Notes under the pieces: model-generated
What the model saw: only the letters and a program-made list of their open reading frames with translations
Told to the model about the DNA's origin: nothing
Database searches by the model: none
Source: a virus
Lineage: Duplodnaviria; Caudoviricetes
Reading direction: 5' to 3' (one strand)
IMG/VR virus record: IMGVR_UViG_3300032212_000113
Coordinates: 1 to 30,276 of that record
DNA: 30,276 bases
Made by a program: the position numbers and the translations under genes
Shown here: piece after piece, positions 1 through 7,756 of the stretch
How positions within the stretch are numbered: position 1 is the stretch's first letter
How the letters are laid out: every line of letters starts with the position of its first letter

Positions 1-1
1 C

Positions 2-898
2 CTTCCGGCAATATTGTCCGTAGGCATACGCGCACCAACCTGCGCCCGATGGCTCTAGTGGTGGCGTGTGTTTCAGGAACTTCTTGATGGCCTTATTCAG
101 CTCTGCATTATCGCTTTTCCACATCATCGAAAACGTCACCCCGGACGCAAACCCAAGCAAAGGGCGGAACTTCGGCGCTTCCTCTATAGGACGCCAAGGG
201 GATGGGGCGGCTTCGATCATGGCGCGGTATGCGTCTTTCCAGTCATCGGGATTGGGTTCAAGACCTTCGCGAAACACACGCTCAACGCTTTTAAATCCAG
301 CGTAGGCAACCGCCTCTGTCGGCTCTCTCGGAACCATCACCATTCCGTCAGTGACAGGCGCGGGTCTCACGGCTTTAGAGATAGCGTCGTTGTAATGAGC
401 CTGCGCTGCGGCTTTGGCGGCTTCCCTAGTAGGGTACATGTCTGTCGTTGCGGTAATCGGGGCGGTGAAAAGCCACTCCCCGTCCGGATTCCTCGGAGAC
501 ACGGGGACGACCCAATACAGGCCAAAAGGAGTATTCGCGGCGTTATCGCCCCTCCACTCCAACTCTTTCGCCGCCACGGGCGCGGCAGGCATCAGCGCAA
601 GGATGCGGTCTGTGGCTTCCAACCAGAAGCCCTTTTGATCGTCGGTCAACGCAGCCCACGGAATATACTTGAGGATGGTTTCATCCGAGGCAATCGCGGC
701 GGCGTGAATATGCCGCGCCACCTTCTCACGGTCCACGGTCTGACGGTCCAGCGTGTCTGCGTAGGCTCGGAGGCTCTTAACAAGTTCGCGCAAGTCGATG
801 CGGCCTTTCGGAGTGTTCAGCCCCCATCCGGTTTCGCCAAGCGCGAAAATCCCGTCAGCGACGTCGCGCACTTCTTCCGCTGTCATTGGGTTAGTCAT
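2..898 (-). CDS. Mosaic Ead/Ea22-DUF551-like phage early protein (3' end runs off the window; not in ORF track)
   Basis: Read by hand: ATG at 898 overlaps the upstream stop (TAATG), frame open to the window edge: MTNPMTAEEVRDVADG...GMVMVPREPTEAVAYAG...AYRAMIEAAPSPWRPIEEAPK, typical modules of this family. Confidence 0.8.
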   Translation of the reverse strand, partial: MTNPMTAEEVRDVADGIFALGETGWGLNTPKGRIDLRELVKSLRAYADTLDRQTVDREKVARHIHAAAIASDETILKYIPWAALTDDQKGFWLEATDRILALMPAAPVAAKELEWRGDNAANTPFGLYWVVPVSPRNPDGEWLFTAPITATTDMYPTREAAKAAAQAHYNDAISKAVRPAPVTDGMVMVPREPTEAVAYAGFKSVERVFREGLEPNPDDWKDAYRAMIEAAPSPWRPIEEAPKFRPLLGFASGVTFSMMWKSDNAELNKAIKKFLKHTPPLEPSGAGWCAYAYGQYCRK

Positions 899-1224
899 TA
901 CCTCGCCTCCTCGACCGCGATCATCAATTCCGTTAAGGCCTCATCCCGGCTTTTGCCGTGGCCTATAGGGTCGCCCCCATCGTATCCGTCCAGCGTGGCG
1001 TAATAGTCAAAATCCCGAACAGGGATGGGGGGTGGGTCGTAGGAGATCCTGACGCGGTCGCCGGCGTCATGCTGGTCTGCATACCAGCGCCAAGCCTTAG
1101 CCAAGAGCCGCGCCTTATCTACAGCGGAGCCGATTGCATAACCGGCGGCTATGTCGTCCAGCATATCCGCCTCCCGGCGGGCGTCTTTGGCCGTGGGGGC
1201 CATATCTTTTGCGTGAATGGGCAT
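898..1224 (-). CDS. Hypothetical phage protein
   Basis: ORF 898..1236; GGAGG before ATG at 1224 (MPIHAK); stop coupled to next start. Confidence 0.75.
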   Translation of the reverse strand: MPIHAKDMAPTAKDARREADMLDDIAAGYAIGSAVDKARLLAKAWRWYADQHDAGDRVRISYDPPPIPVRDFDYYATLDGYDGGDPIGHGKSRDEALTELMIAVEEAR

Positions 1225-1284
1225 TACTTCCTCCATATCCGCCCGCTCAGGGGCGTTTCTCGGTTTCTGGCACCTCGGGGCCTT

Positions 1285-1509
1285 TTATTTGCTATCGCTC
1301 GCTGGCGGGCGTTCTGTGGCCTTTTGCTGGTGCAGCTTCATGAAGGCTCGCATGGCGGCTTTTGCCGGCCCGGTTATAGGGCGCTGGCCCCGCTCCCATT
1401 TGCGGACCGTGTCGGCCCCATTGGTCCCGGCTAGGCCGAGGACGTGGGCACATTCCCGGACGGTCCAGCCGATGGCGTGGCGTATGTCTTTAAACTCTGA
1501 GGGCGTCAT
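1285..1509 (-). CDS. XRE-family HTH DNA-binding protein
   Basis: MTPSEFKDIRHAIGWTVRECAHVLG...TVRKWERGQRPI; ATGA overlap with upstream gene. Confidence 0.85.
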   Translation of the reverse strand: MTPSEFKDIRHAIGWTVRECAHVLGLAGTNGADTVRKWERGQRPITGPAKAAMRAFMKLHQQKATERPPASDSK

Positions 1510-1718
1510 TGGACTGCCTCGCCGGATTTGATCCGCAAGACCATGGACGCGGCGATGCGCCCGGACTGTTGAAGCCATTGACCCTTGAACAGGGTTTCCC
1601 ATTGGATAATGACTTCGCGCTCGCGGGCATCAACAGAAATGACCTTGGCGTAGAAGCTACCGGCGCCAAGGCGTCGGACCTCATACGTGCGGCCGGGGAT
1701 AATCTCGTCGGGTTTCAT
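1506..1718 (-). CDS. Hypothetical protein (70 aa)
   Basis: GGAGG RBS; stop overlaps next start. Confidence 0.75.
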   Translation of the reverse strand: MKPDEIIPGRTYEVRRLGAGSFYAKVISVDAREREVIIQWETLFKGQWLQQSGRIAASMVLRIKSGEAVQ

Positions 1719-1818
1719 CGGTTTCCTCCATGAGTGGGGCGGGTGCCCCTTGCACGCCCTGACCCCCGCCCGCTTTGCAGCGCCGGGGGATGGGCGGGTT
1801 ATCCGCTATGGGCCGGGG

Positions 1819-2034
1819 TTACTCGATATCGCTTGCAGCATCGGCAAGGCGCTGCTTCATGCGGTCATAGCCGTTTTGATATTCGGTGATGGCCGCGGCG
1901 CGTGTGGAGCGCATCCCGAAGTGGATGCCATATTCGCGGCCTTCTGTAGTGTTGCGGCCCCAATCAAGTTTCGCAGCGGCGGCGCCGGCTTCAAAATAGC
2001 GACATTCGGATTTAAGGGTTGAAACGTTTTTCAT
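1819..2034 (-). CDS. Hypothetical protein (71 aa)
   Basis: GGAG RBS; co-oriented in early operon. Confidence 0.7.
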   Translation of the reverse strand: MKNVSTLKSECRYFEAGAAAAKLDWGRNTTEGREYGIHFGMRSTRAAAITEYQNGYDRMKQRLADAASDIE

Positions 2035-2096
2035 TTGTCATTCTCCGGTTATGCGGTTGGCCCGGGCGCGTGGCCCGGGGCGGTGGCGGCAGGGGC

Positions 2097-2390
2097 TTAG
2101 AGGGTGACGATTGTGGCCCGTTGATTGCGGTAGGCGCTGCGAGCGTCGCTAATAACCTTGAAGCCAAGGGCTTCAAAAACGCTTTCGGCGTCGCAGAGCC
2201 GGGTTGGGAAATTGGTGCGGGTGCGGTCGCGGACTTCCGTAATAAGGTAGCTGATCGTTTCGCCCTGCATCGGCGCCCCATCAACGAGGAAATCAGCACG
2301 AAGGCAGTCAAAAATTGTTTCGGTGAGAATTTCCTTGAAACGGTCGCTTATGACGAGATCGCGGTTCAGAAGGTTTACGGTGATGCTCAT
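2097..2390 (-). CDS. Hypothetical protein, first gene behind promoter P1
   Basis: AGGAG-A-run-ATG (MSITVN) at 2390. Confidence 0.75.
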   Translation of the reverse strand: MSITVNLLNRDLVISDRFKEILTETIFDCLRADFLVDGAPMQGETISYLITEVRDRTRTNFPTRLCDAESVFEALGFKVISDARSAYRNQRATIVTL

Positions 2391-2432
2391 TTTTTTTTCT
2401 CCTATTGGCGGGGCGCTGCCCCTGATATCCCC

Positions 2433-2461
2433 TTGATAGCCAACTTTACGCGACATGTAAA
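2433..2461 (-). promoter_or_regulatory. Sigma70-type early promoter P1 with overlapping TTAC-N7-GTAA palindrome
   Basis: Minus strand TTTACA-N17-TATCAA; near copy at 16434-16462. Confidence 0.7.
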
Positions 2462-2468
2462 CCCCCCT

Positions 2469-2699
2469 TTATGCGTTTTTTTGCTTTTGCGCCAACATTC
2501 GCCGGAAATAGGCGACGGCATTGAGGGCCGCCCGCCGGTCCGAAGCGGTTAGCGGGGTGATGATGAATTGCCGCTCCCCATTGGGATACGTGACATAGAC
2601 CCGCGGGTGCCCCCGGCCATTGTGGACGTATTCGTGCTCAAGATTGTGGGTGTCTATTTCCGATATCAGGGCCGCGGCCGTGGGGTTTCGTTTAATCAT
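2469..2699 (-). CDS. HicA-like (dsRBD-fold) small protein
   Basis: GRGHPRVYV...TPLTASDRRAALNAVAYFRR pattern resembles phage HicA-like proteins; ATG at 2699 overlaps upstream gene end. Confidence 0.5.
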   Translation of the reverse strand: MIKRNPTAAALISEIDTHNLEHEYVHNGRGHPRVYVTYPNGERQFIITPLTASDRRAALNAVAYFRRMLAQKQKNA

Positions 2700-2979
2700 A
2701 ATGGCCCGCCAATATCTCAGACACGCGCCCGGGGTTGATGCCAAGGGCGGCGCCTATTTCGGATTGATGCATGTCCGGGCTTTTGTTCCGCAGCTCCCGG
2801 ACGCGCTCGATCATCAACGGCGTCACAGGCTGGGATTTGTTCGGCGCCCGGGGGCCGTATTCCCGCGTCATGTGAGACAGGGCCGCTTCCAGATTGATCC
2901 GCAGCAGGGCCGGCTTGATATCGTCGGCGTTTTCGAGGATCGCTTCCAGAATTTCGCGGGCTTTGGGTATATTGCTCAT
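2692..2979 (-). CDS. HTH DNA-binding protein
   Basis: C-terminal MHQSEIGAALGINPGRVSEIL; GGAG RBS, ATGA overlap. Confidence 0.8.
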   Translation of the reverse strand: MSNIPKAREILEAILENADDIKPALLRINLEAALSHMTREYGPRAPNKSQPVTPLMIERVRELRNKSPDMHQSEIGAALGINPGRVSEILAGHYD

Positions 2980-3377
2980 GATGGTTTCTCCGGTGGTTCT
3001 TCAAGGTCGATATCCGCCCGGGCGGCGTAGGCGAATATCAATTCGATAATTGCGCTGATTTCCTCGACAGTCATGTTGCTGGTGGCGCCGCCCAAATCGA
3101 CAAATCCGTTATTATCGAGGTTCGGAACCAGCATCTTTAATTCCTGCCGGGCTTGGGCCACGAACAGCATTTTCCAGCCATCCGCGGTGAGCCAGATGCC
3201 ATGATATTTTGCTTTCTTGGAAAGCTGGGTCAGCATGGCCCACATGCGATCGTTCTGAGGTATCGTCCGCTTGTTTTCCGTGAAGGTCACGGTGGTTCCC
3301 GCCTTTACTTTCAGGCACCACCGCGAAGCTTTCTCCCGGTCCGCTTGGGTATTGAGGACGACAACCGCGCGGCTCAC
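2976..3377 (-). CDS. ninB: NinB/Orf family recombination protein
   Basis: KRTIPQNDRMWAMLTQLS...WLTADGWKMLF...VPNLD...TSNMTVEEISAIIELIFAYAA; GTGA start/stop overlap at 3374-3377. Confidence 0.85.
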   Translation of the reverse strand: MSRAVVVLNTQADREKASRWCLKVKAGTTVTFTENKRTIPQNDRMWAMLTQLSKKAKYHGIWLTADGWKMLFVAQARQELKMLVPNLDNNGFVDLGGATSNMTVEEISAIIELIFAYAARADIDLEEPPEKPS

Positions 3378-3595
3378 AGAAGCAGCCCCTGTTCCGGCTC
3401 TTGCAGGAAGTAGCAGGCCCAACGCTTGCGCTCGCCGTTGGTTCGGTATTCCGTGCGGATGGTGTGCCCGTCTTTCCGAAGGTCTGCTATACGCGCCGCC
3501 AAGCGGAAAATATCGTATTTATGGAACGCCTCGGCCGGGGTAAGACCCCGACCTTGCAGCAGGTGTTCAAGGATTTGCTGTTTTTGCGAGAGCAT
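3374..3595 (-). CDS. Winged-helix HTH protein
   Basis: MLSQKQQILEHLLQGRGLTPAEA...IFRLAARIADLRKDGHTIRT; AAGGAG RBS. Confidence 0.85.
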   Translation of the reverse strand: MLSQKQQILEHLLQGRGLTPAEAFHKYDIFRLAARIADLRKDGHTIRTEYRTNGERKRWACYFLQEPEQGLLL

Positions 3596-3617
3596 AACGG
3601 TTTCTCCTTCCCCGTCC

Positions 3618-4280
3618 CTAGAACGGAATTTCCTCGTCCATGTCGGCATCGGCGGGCGGCGGCGCTGGGGGATTGTTCCCGTCGTCGCTGTGGCCAGTGC
3701 CGGCAATGTCGCGGTATTCCGGGGAGCGCTGGATAGTCTCCCGGATGTTTTCATGCAGAGCGTTGAATGCGTCCCAATCGAAGCGGTCCTTCTCCAAGGC
3801 CAGATAAACCAGATCATTGGCCGCCCCGGGCATACCCTCGGCCGCTTTTTTGGGAAGCGGGTTGGCGCTGGAAATGTTGGCGTAAGTCCGCCCGTTGGCC
3901 TCGTTGTGAATGACGTTCAGATAGCATCCCACGCCGACAAGGTTTTTCGCATCAAAGCCACCGGCGGCCAGATCGGTTTCAGAAAAAGGCTTGCCGCGCC
4001 AACTTTCCAAGAACGGCCGCAATTTGCTTTTTTCATGCATCGACCACGTGAAGCGCTGGTGAACCGAAAACGGCCCGGAACGCTTCTCGCCATCGATTTC
4101 GTATTCCATGATTTCGTCCACCAGTTCGAACGACAGCAGGATTTTCCGAAGGTGCTTGGTTTCGCCCTGATACTCACTTTCCTGAGTGCCAAGGTCTATG
4201 AAGCGATAGCATATAGCCCGATGCATCCCGGACGGGGCGGGGGTATAGTTGCCCCCGGCTTTTGCGCTTGATAATTCCAT
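3618..4280 (-). CDS. NGO0469-like phage ssDNA-binding/replication protein
   Basis: PSGMHRAICYRFIDLGTQ, SMHEKSKLRPFLESWRG, YANI; acidic SSB-like tail DMDEEIPF. Confidence 0.8.
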   Translation of the reverse strand: MELSSAKAGGNYTPAPSGMHRAICYRFIDLGTQESEYQGETKHLRKILLSFELVDEIMEYEIDGEKRSGPFSVHQRFTWSMHEKSKLRPFLESWRGKPFSETDLAAGGFDAKNLVGVGCYLNVIHNEANGRTYANISSANPLPKKAAEGMPGAANDLVYLALEKDRFDWDAFNALHENIRETIQRSPEYRDIAGTGHSDDGNNPPAPPPADADMDEEIPF

Positions 4281-4525
4281 TATTCCTGTTCCTTCAATAT
4301 TTCACGATGTTGATCCGCCGCGTGTTTCAATTCACGGAGCCAGCCGGGCGGCAGGTTGCCGGCGTCCGCCGCGTCTTCCATTCGCAGGACCACGTCTTCC
4401 AATTGGGCCAGCGAGCAGGTTTCCGCTATTTGATCGCACCACGTTTTCCAGACCCCCTCGCGCCGGCCCTCATAGGCGGACATTGGTTTTTCCCGGAGGT
4501 TGCGGGGCGCTTTGCTGATTTCCAT
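4280..4525 (-). CDS. Hypothetical protein (start uncertain: 4525 or 4483)
   Basis: TAATG coupling to SSB gene; fills operon gap. Confidence 0.6.
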   Translation of the reverse strand: MEISKAPRNLREKPMSAYEGRREGVWKTWCDQIAETCSLAQLEDVVLRMEDAADAGNLPPGWLRELKHAADQHREILKEQE

Positions 4526-4529
4526 GGCC

Positions 4530-4781
4530 TCAGCCCCCCAAGAACACGGCCACAAAGGCCAGAACCATTCCCAAGCCACCAGCGAGCGCCAACAATTCGA
4601 GGGCCATTCTGGACCATTCTGCGCGGATAGCGGCGGTTTGAGCCAAGGGCAGGGCGTTGAAACCTAGCGGGTGGCAGTCCTTGCAGACTGGCCCGCCATT
4701 GGCGCGATGGTCGTCGCCGGTCCAGCGCAATTCCTTGAAGCAATCGTCGCAACAGGCGCAGGATAGCCGATCAACCCACAT
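4530..4781 (-). CDS. Small Cys-rich (Zn-ribbon-like) protein with C-terminal membrane helix
   Basis: CACCDDC...CKDC; hydrophobic tail LLALAGGLGMVLAFVAVFL; AAGGA RBS. Confidence 0.65.
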   Translation of the reverse strand: MWVDRLSCACCDDCFKELRWTGDDHRANGGPVCKDCHPLGFNALPLAQTAAIRAEWSRMALELLALAGGLGMVLAFVAVFLGG

Positions 4782-5004
4782 TGTTTTTTTCCTTGGCTTC
4801 CAAATCCTTGATGGTTTGCAGGGTTTCAGACCGGAGCCATTCTAGCCGGCGCTGGATTTCATTAAGAACGCCTATATGCCGACGCAGGGCGCGGCTTTCA
4901 GGAGTTTCCGCTTGCAGGCGGGCGAACAGCTTGGCGTCGTGGGGTTGCTTGGCCAAGGCTTCCGCCTCGGCCAATGTGCGCGGGCCTGTGGGAGGCGTTC
5001 TCAT
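4771..5004 (-). CDS. Hypothetical coiled-coil protein
   Basis: GGAGG RBS, ATGA overlap. Confidence 0.7.
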   Translation of the reverse strand: MRTPPTGPRTLAEAEALAKQPHDAKLFARLQAETPESRALRRHIGVLNEIQRRLEWLRSETLQTIKDLEAKEKNNVG

Positions 5005-5297
5005 GCCCCCTCCTCCGGTTCCGCCGGCATTTCGGATATAATGCGAAGGCGGGCGGCCATCAATTCGGAAATTGCGTGATCGATGGTTTTCAGGGTGGCG
5101 ACGGTTTCTTCCTCAACGCCGCCATAGCTACCCCCGCCCTCGTGGTATGCGGTAGCCCGGGCGTGGCCGGCATTAGCCTTGCAGGCGCTTAGGGCCGCTA
5201 CCTCGAGCAGGGTTGAAGTGGGAACATCTAATTCGGCGCGGGTTTTGGCTTCAAACGAAAAAGAGGACAAAGGAAAGGTTTTGGATATACTGGCCAT
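5001..5297 (-). CDS. Hypothetical protein
   Basis: ORF 5001..5492; likely start MASISK at 5297 after GGGAG. Confidence 0.7.
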   Translation of the reverse strand: MASISKTFPLSSFSFEAKTRAELDVPTSTLLEVAALSACKANAGHARATAYHEGGGSYGGVEEETVATLKTIDHAISELMAARLRIISEMPAEPEEGA

Positions 5298-5319
5298 GAT
5301 TGGCTCTCCCGGTTTGGGG

Positions 5320-5532
5320 TTAGAGGAAGTGAGAAACCCGATCGATGCGGATTTGCGTTCCCGGATCGACAAAGTGGTATTTCTGGATGATGGCGTCTGG
5401 CCCCAATTTACGGGCCGCGGCCAGATCTCTGGTTTCAACAGTGGCAAAGCCGCCCATGCGTAAGCCGCATTTTGTGAAAGTGGCCTCCACAAGGGTATGA
5501 CGGCCGCGCTGCAAGGTTGTCTGGTTATTCAT
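5320..5532 (-). CDS. Hypothetical protein, first gene of the leftward operon
   Basis: AAAGGA RBS; follows leftward promoter. Confidence 0.7.
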   Translation of the reverse strand: MNNQTTLQRGRHTLVEATFTKCGLRMGGFATVETRDLAAARKLGPDAIIQKYHFVDPGTQIRIDRVSHFL

Positions 5533-5566
5533 GGCGTGTCCTTTCTCGGTTTCTTGACACCCCCAT

Positions 5567-5594
5567 ACGATACCCCCTCAGATGGGAGGGTCAA
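5567..5594 (-). promoter_or_regulatory. Leftward promoter of the divergent switch
   Basis: Minus strand TTGACC-N16-TATCGT in the divergent intergenic region. Confidence 0.45.
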
Positions 5595-5603
5595 GCAAAA
5601 AAG

Positions 5604-5639
5604 TTACACCTTGCGTAAATTACGCCGGGCGTGTATGGG
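5604..5639 (+). promoter_or_regulatory. Rightward promoter with operator palindrome over the -35
   Basis: TTGCGT(5611)-N17-TATGGG(5634); TTAC-N7-GTAA at 5604-5618. Confidence 0.6.
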
Positions 5640-5645
5640 GGTCGA

Positions 5646-5864
5646 ATGAAAGATTTGAATTCATATCTTTCCGACGCTGGCGAAACGAATGCCGGCTTCG
5701 GGAAAAAGGTTGGCCTGACGGAAACGTCAGTCTGGCGTATTCGCCACGGCCATCAGTGGCCGTCCAAGGAAACCGCGGAGCGCATTTTTCGCGTATCCGG
5801 GGGACAGGTTGTTTTTGGGCCAAGTGAAAAGGACTGGCCCAAGATCAGGAAGGCCGGCCGGTGA
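5646..5864 (+). CDS. Cro-like HTH repressor
   Basis: MKDLNSYLSDAGETNAGFGKKVGLTETSVWRIRHGHQWPS...IFRVSGGQV; first gene of the rightward operon. Confidence 0.8.
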   Translation: MKDLNSYLSDAGETNAGFGKKVGLTETSVWRIRHGHQWPSKETAERIFRVSGGQVVFGPSEKDWPKIRKAGR

Positions 5865-6220
5865 AGCCGGTCAGCGAAGAAGCGTTGCATGTCGCGGTGG
5901 TGTCATTCTTGCGAACGACGTTGCCGGAAAACTGTAGCTGGTTCCATGTCCCCAATTCCTTGCGGACCAGCTACAGGAACGCGGCCCGGCATAAGGCCAT
6001 GGGAATGAAGGCCGGCGTGTCTGACCTTGTGTTTTGCTATGGCGGCCGGCATTATGAAATTGAGCTCAAGAAACCGGGTTCATATCAGACCAAGAAACAA
6101 AAAGATTGGCAGGCAGGGATCGAGGCCGCCGGCGGGAAATATGCCGTCTGCAAATCCCTTGAGGACGTTAACCGGGTTCTCCTGTCATGGGGTTTCAAGC
6201 TAAGGGGGCGCCTTGCCTAA
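5861..6220 (+). CDS. VRR-NUC family PD-(D/E)xK nuclease
   Basis: SEEALH...FHVPN...GMKAGVSDL...IELKKPGSYQTKKQKDW. Confidence 0.9.
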   Translation: MKPVSEEALHVAVVSFLRTTLPENCSWFHVPNSLRTSYRNAARHKAMGMKAGVSDLVFCYGGRHYEIELKKPGSYQTKKQKDWQAGIEAAGGKYAVCKSLEDVNRVLLSWGFKLRGRLA

Positions 6221-6434
6221 TTATCTGAAACCGGAGGCAAAATACAATCGCCTTGTAGTGGTCCTTGAGAGCCGATCTTTATCGGTTGCGGTTGACCGGC
6301 TGCGTTCTCTTGGGCAATCCTGCTCGGTCCCGGCCCTGTCACAGTGGCTTAGCCGGGAAGGGCTCTCATCATCCATCATAGGAGCATCCATTGAACAAGA
6401 AGGTAAAGCAAATAATTCGCCATTGCGCCGATAA
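6213..6434 (+). CDS. Possible small hypothetical protein
   Basis: TTG start overlapping upstream stop; fills a gap but overlaps the next gene by 44 nt. Confidence 0.35.
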   Translation: MPNYLKPEAKYNRLVVVLESRSLSVAVDRLRSLGQSCSVPALSQWLSREGLSSSIIGASIEQEGKANNSPLRR

Positions 6435-6654
6435 GCACGGCGTAACCCCGGAGGATATCTTGGGTCGGCGCAGGGTTAAGCCCGTGGCGCACGCCCGGCA
6501 TGAGGCCATGTTCCTTGTTCGGAAGGTCCTTCGCCGCCGCGCGGTAGACCCTAACGCTTACGGATTGGAGCGCATTGGCAAGATGTTCAATCGGGATCAT
6601 TCTACAGTCCATTACGCCATTCAGGCCCACAAGGATCGTGAGGGCGTGTCATGA
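6391..6654 (+). CDS. DnaA C-terminal (domain IV)-like HTH protein
   Basis: GVTPEDILGRRRVKPVAHARHEAMFL...LERIGKMFNRDHSTVHYA; AGGAG RBS before TTG. Confidence 0.85.
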   Translation: MNKKVKQIIRHCADKHGVTPEDILGRRRVKPVAHARHEAMFLVRKVLRRRAVDPNAYGLERIGKMFNRDHSTVHYAIQAHKDREGVS

Positions 6655-7394
6655 GCATTTCCGCTATCAACGCGGTGCGTCACATGGACGTGCGCCCATC
6701 GGGCAGGAAATTCGTTTTGATGGCCCTTTCAGACTTTGCTGATGAAGCGGGCGAGTGCTTCCCCTCTGTGCAGACCTTGGCCCGATATACCGCGCAAGGG
6801 GACAAGACCGTCCGGGATCATTTGCAGGCCCTACAGCTTGCCGGGATTATCACCCGGATACGCACCCGCAATTCGGCCGGTCAATTGGGCCAATACCGAT
6901 ACAGGCTGCACTTGGACGTGGCCGCACAACACGGGGCATCAACGAACAAGCCACCGGCGGATTTCGCCAGTGGCGAAAAACAGCCAGAACCACCGGCGGA
7001 TTTCGCCGGTCATAACCACCATACTACTTCTAACGAAGTAGTAACCAATAGGGGCATCACCATCGAAGTGATAGACGCCGATACCCCCAAGGCCCGCGGA
7101 AAGCGTCTTGACCCTGATTGGCTGTTACCGGCCGCATGGGGTAAGTGGGCGGCAGACAACACAGAGCTGACAACCGAGGATATAAACCATGAAGCAGATA
7201 CATTCCGCGACCATTGGATCGCAAAGCCGGGACGTGACGGCGTCAAAACCGATTGGTTCGCCACATGGCGAAACTGGTGTAGAAAAGCGGTCAAGTTCAA
7301 GGGGCAGGGTTCTGCCAACAAAGGACGCGCCAGCACCGTCACTCGAAGGAACGCTTGGCTGGAAGCTGTTAACGAAGCCGAACGCGGGGGCTGA
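6651..7394 (+). CDS. Replication initiator (lambda O analogue; N-terminal wHTH, C-terminal DnaT-like domain)
   Basis: KFVLMALSDFADEAGECFPSVQTLA; RGKRLDPDW...FRDHW...KTDWFATWRNW. Confidence 0.85.
   Translation: MSISAINAVRHMDVRPSGRKFVLMALSDFADEAGECFPSVQTLARYTAQGDKTVRDHLQALQLAGIITRIRTRNSAGQLGQYRYRLHLDVAAQHGASTNKPPADFASGEKQPEPPADFAGHNHHTTSNEVVTNRGITIEVIDADTPKARGKRLDPDWLLPAAWGKWAADNTELTTEDINHEADTFRDHWIAKPGRDGVKTDWFATWRNWCRKAVKFKGQGSANKGRASTVTRRNAWLEAVNEAERGG
6951..7043. repeat. Putative replication origin: two 18-bp direct repeats plus an AT-rich inverted repeat
   Basis: CCACCGGCGGATTTCGCC at 6951-6968 and 6990-7007; TACTACTTC-taac-GAAGTAGTA at 7022-7043; inside the initiator linker. Confidence 0.65.
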
Positions 7395-7452
7395 TCTGTT
7401 CAGCACACCGCAGGCATGGAACGCCCTGTCCGGGACCATCGAGGCCTTGGAG

Positions 7453-7752
7453 GTGCTGTGCAAGCCGGCGACGCCCAAGGAAATAGCGGGGCGGATAGAA
7501 GCCCTGACGGTCCATTATTGGGATCGGCAGCGGGACGAGGCATCAAGCCGTATCTACGTCCGCGATTGGGTGGACGACATGGGTGAGGTTCCGGCGGATA
7601 TATTGGAAGCCGCCTGTGTAGCGTGGCGCCGCTCGGATGCCCGCTTCATGCCCACGCCGGGCCAGTTGTTGAAGCTCGCCGGCGAAATCCAGTATTGGCG
7701 CGAGTTCTATTTGCAGCGGGCCATAAGGTTACTAAAAGCTTCCGAGGGATAG
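7453..7752 (+). CDS. Helicase loader/inhibitor-like protein (start uncertain; frame open from 7189)
   Basis: WVDDMGEVPADILEAACVAWRRSDARFMPTPGQL; position right after the initiator. Confidence 0.6.
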   Translation: MLCKPATPKEIAGRIEALTVHYWDRQRDEASSRIYVRDWVDDMGEVPADILEAACVAWRRSDARFMPTPGQLLKLAGEIQYWREFYLQRAIRLLKASEG

Positions 7753-7756
7753 GGCC

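Noticed and set aside
68-1003. 311-aa + strand ORF
   Set aside because: Antisense shadow of the minus-strand gene 898..<2; no recognisable motifs
3426-4271. 281-aa + strand ORF
   Set aside because: Shadow of the SSB-like and HTH genes on the minus strand
5604-5618. CtrA binding site
   Set aside because: CtrA consensus is TTAA-N7-TTAA; this motif is the palindrome TTAC-N7-GTAA
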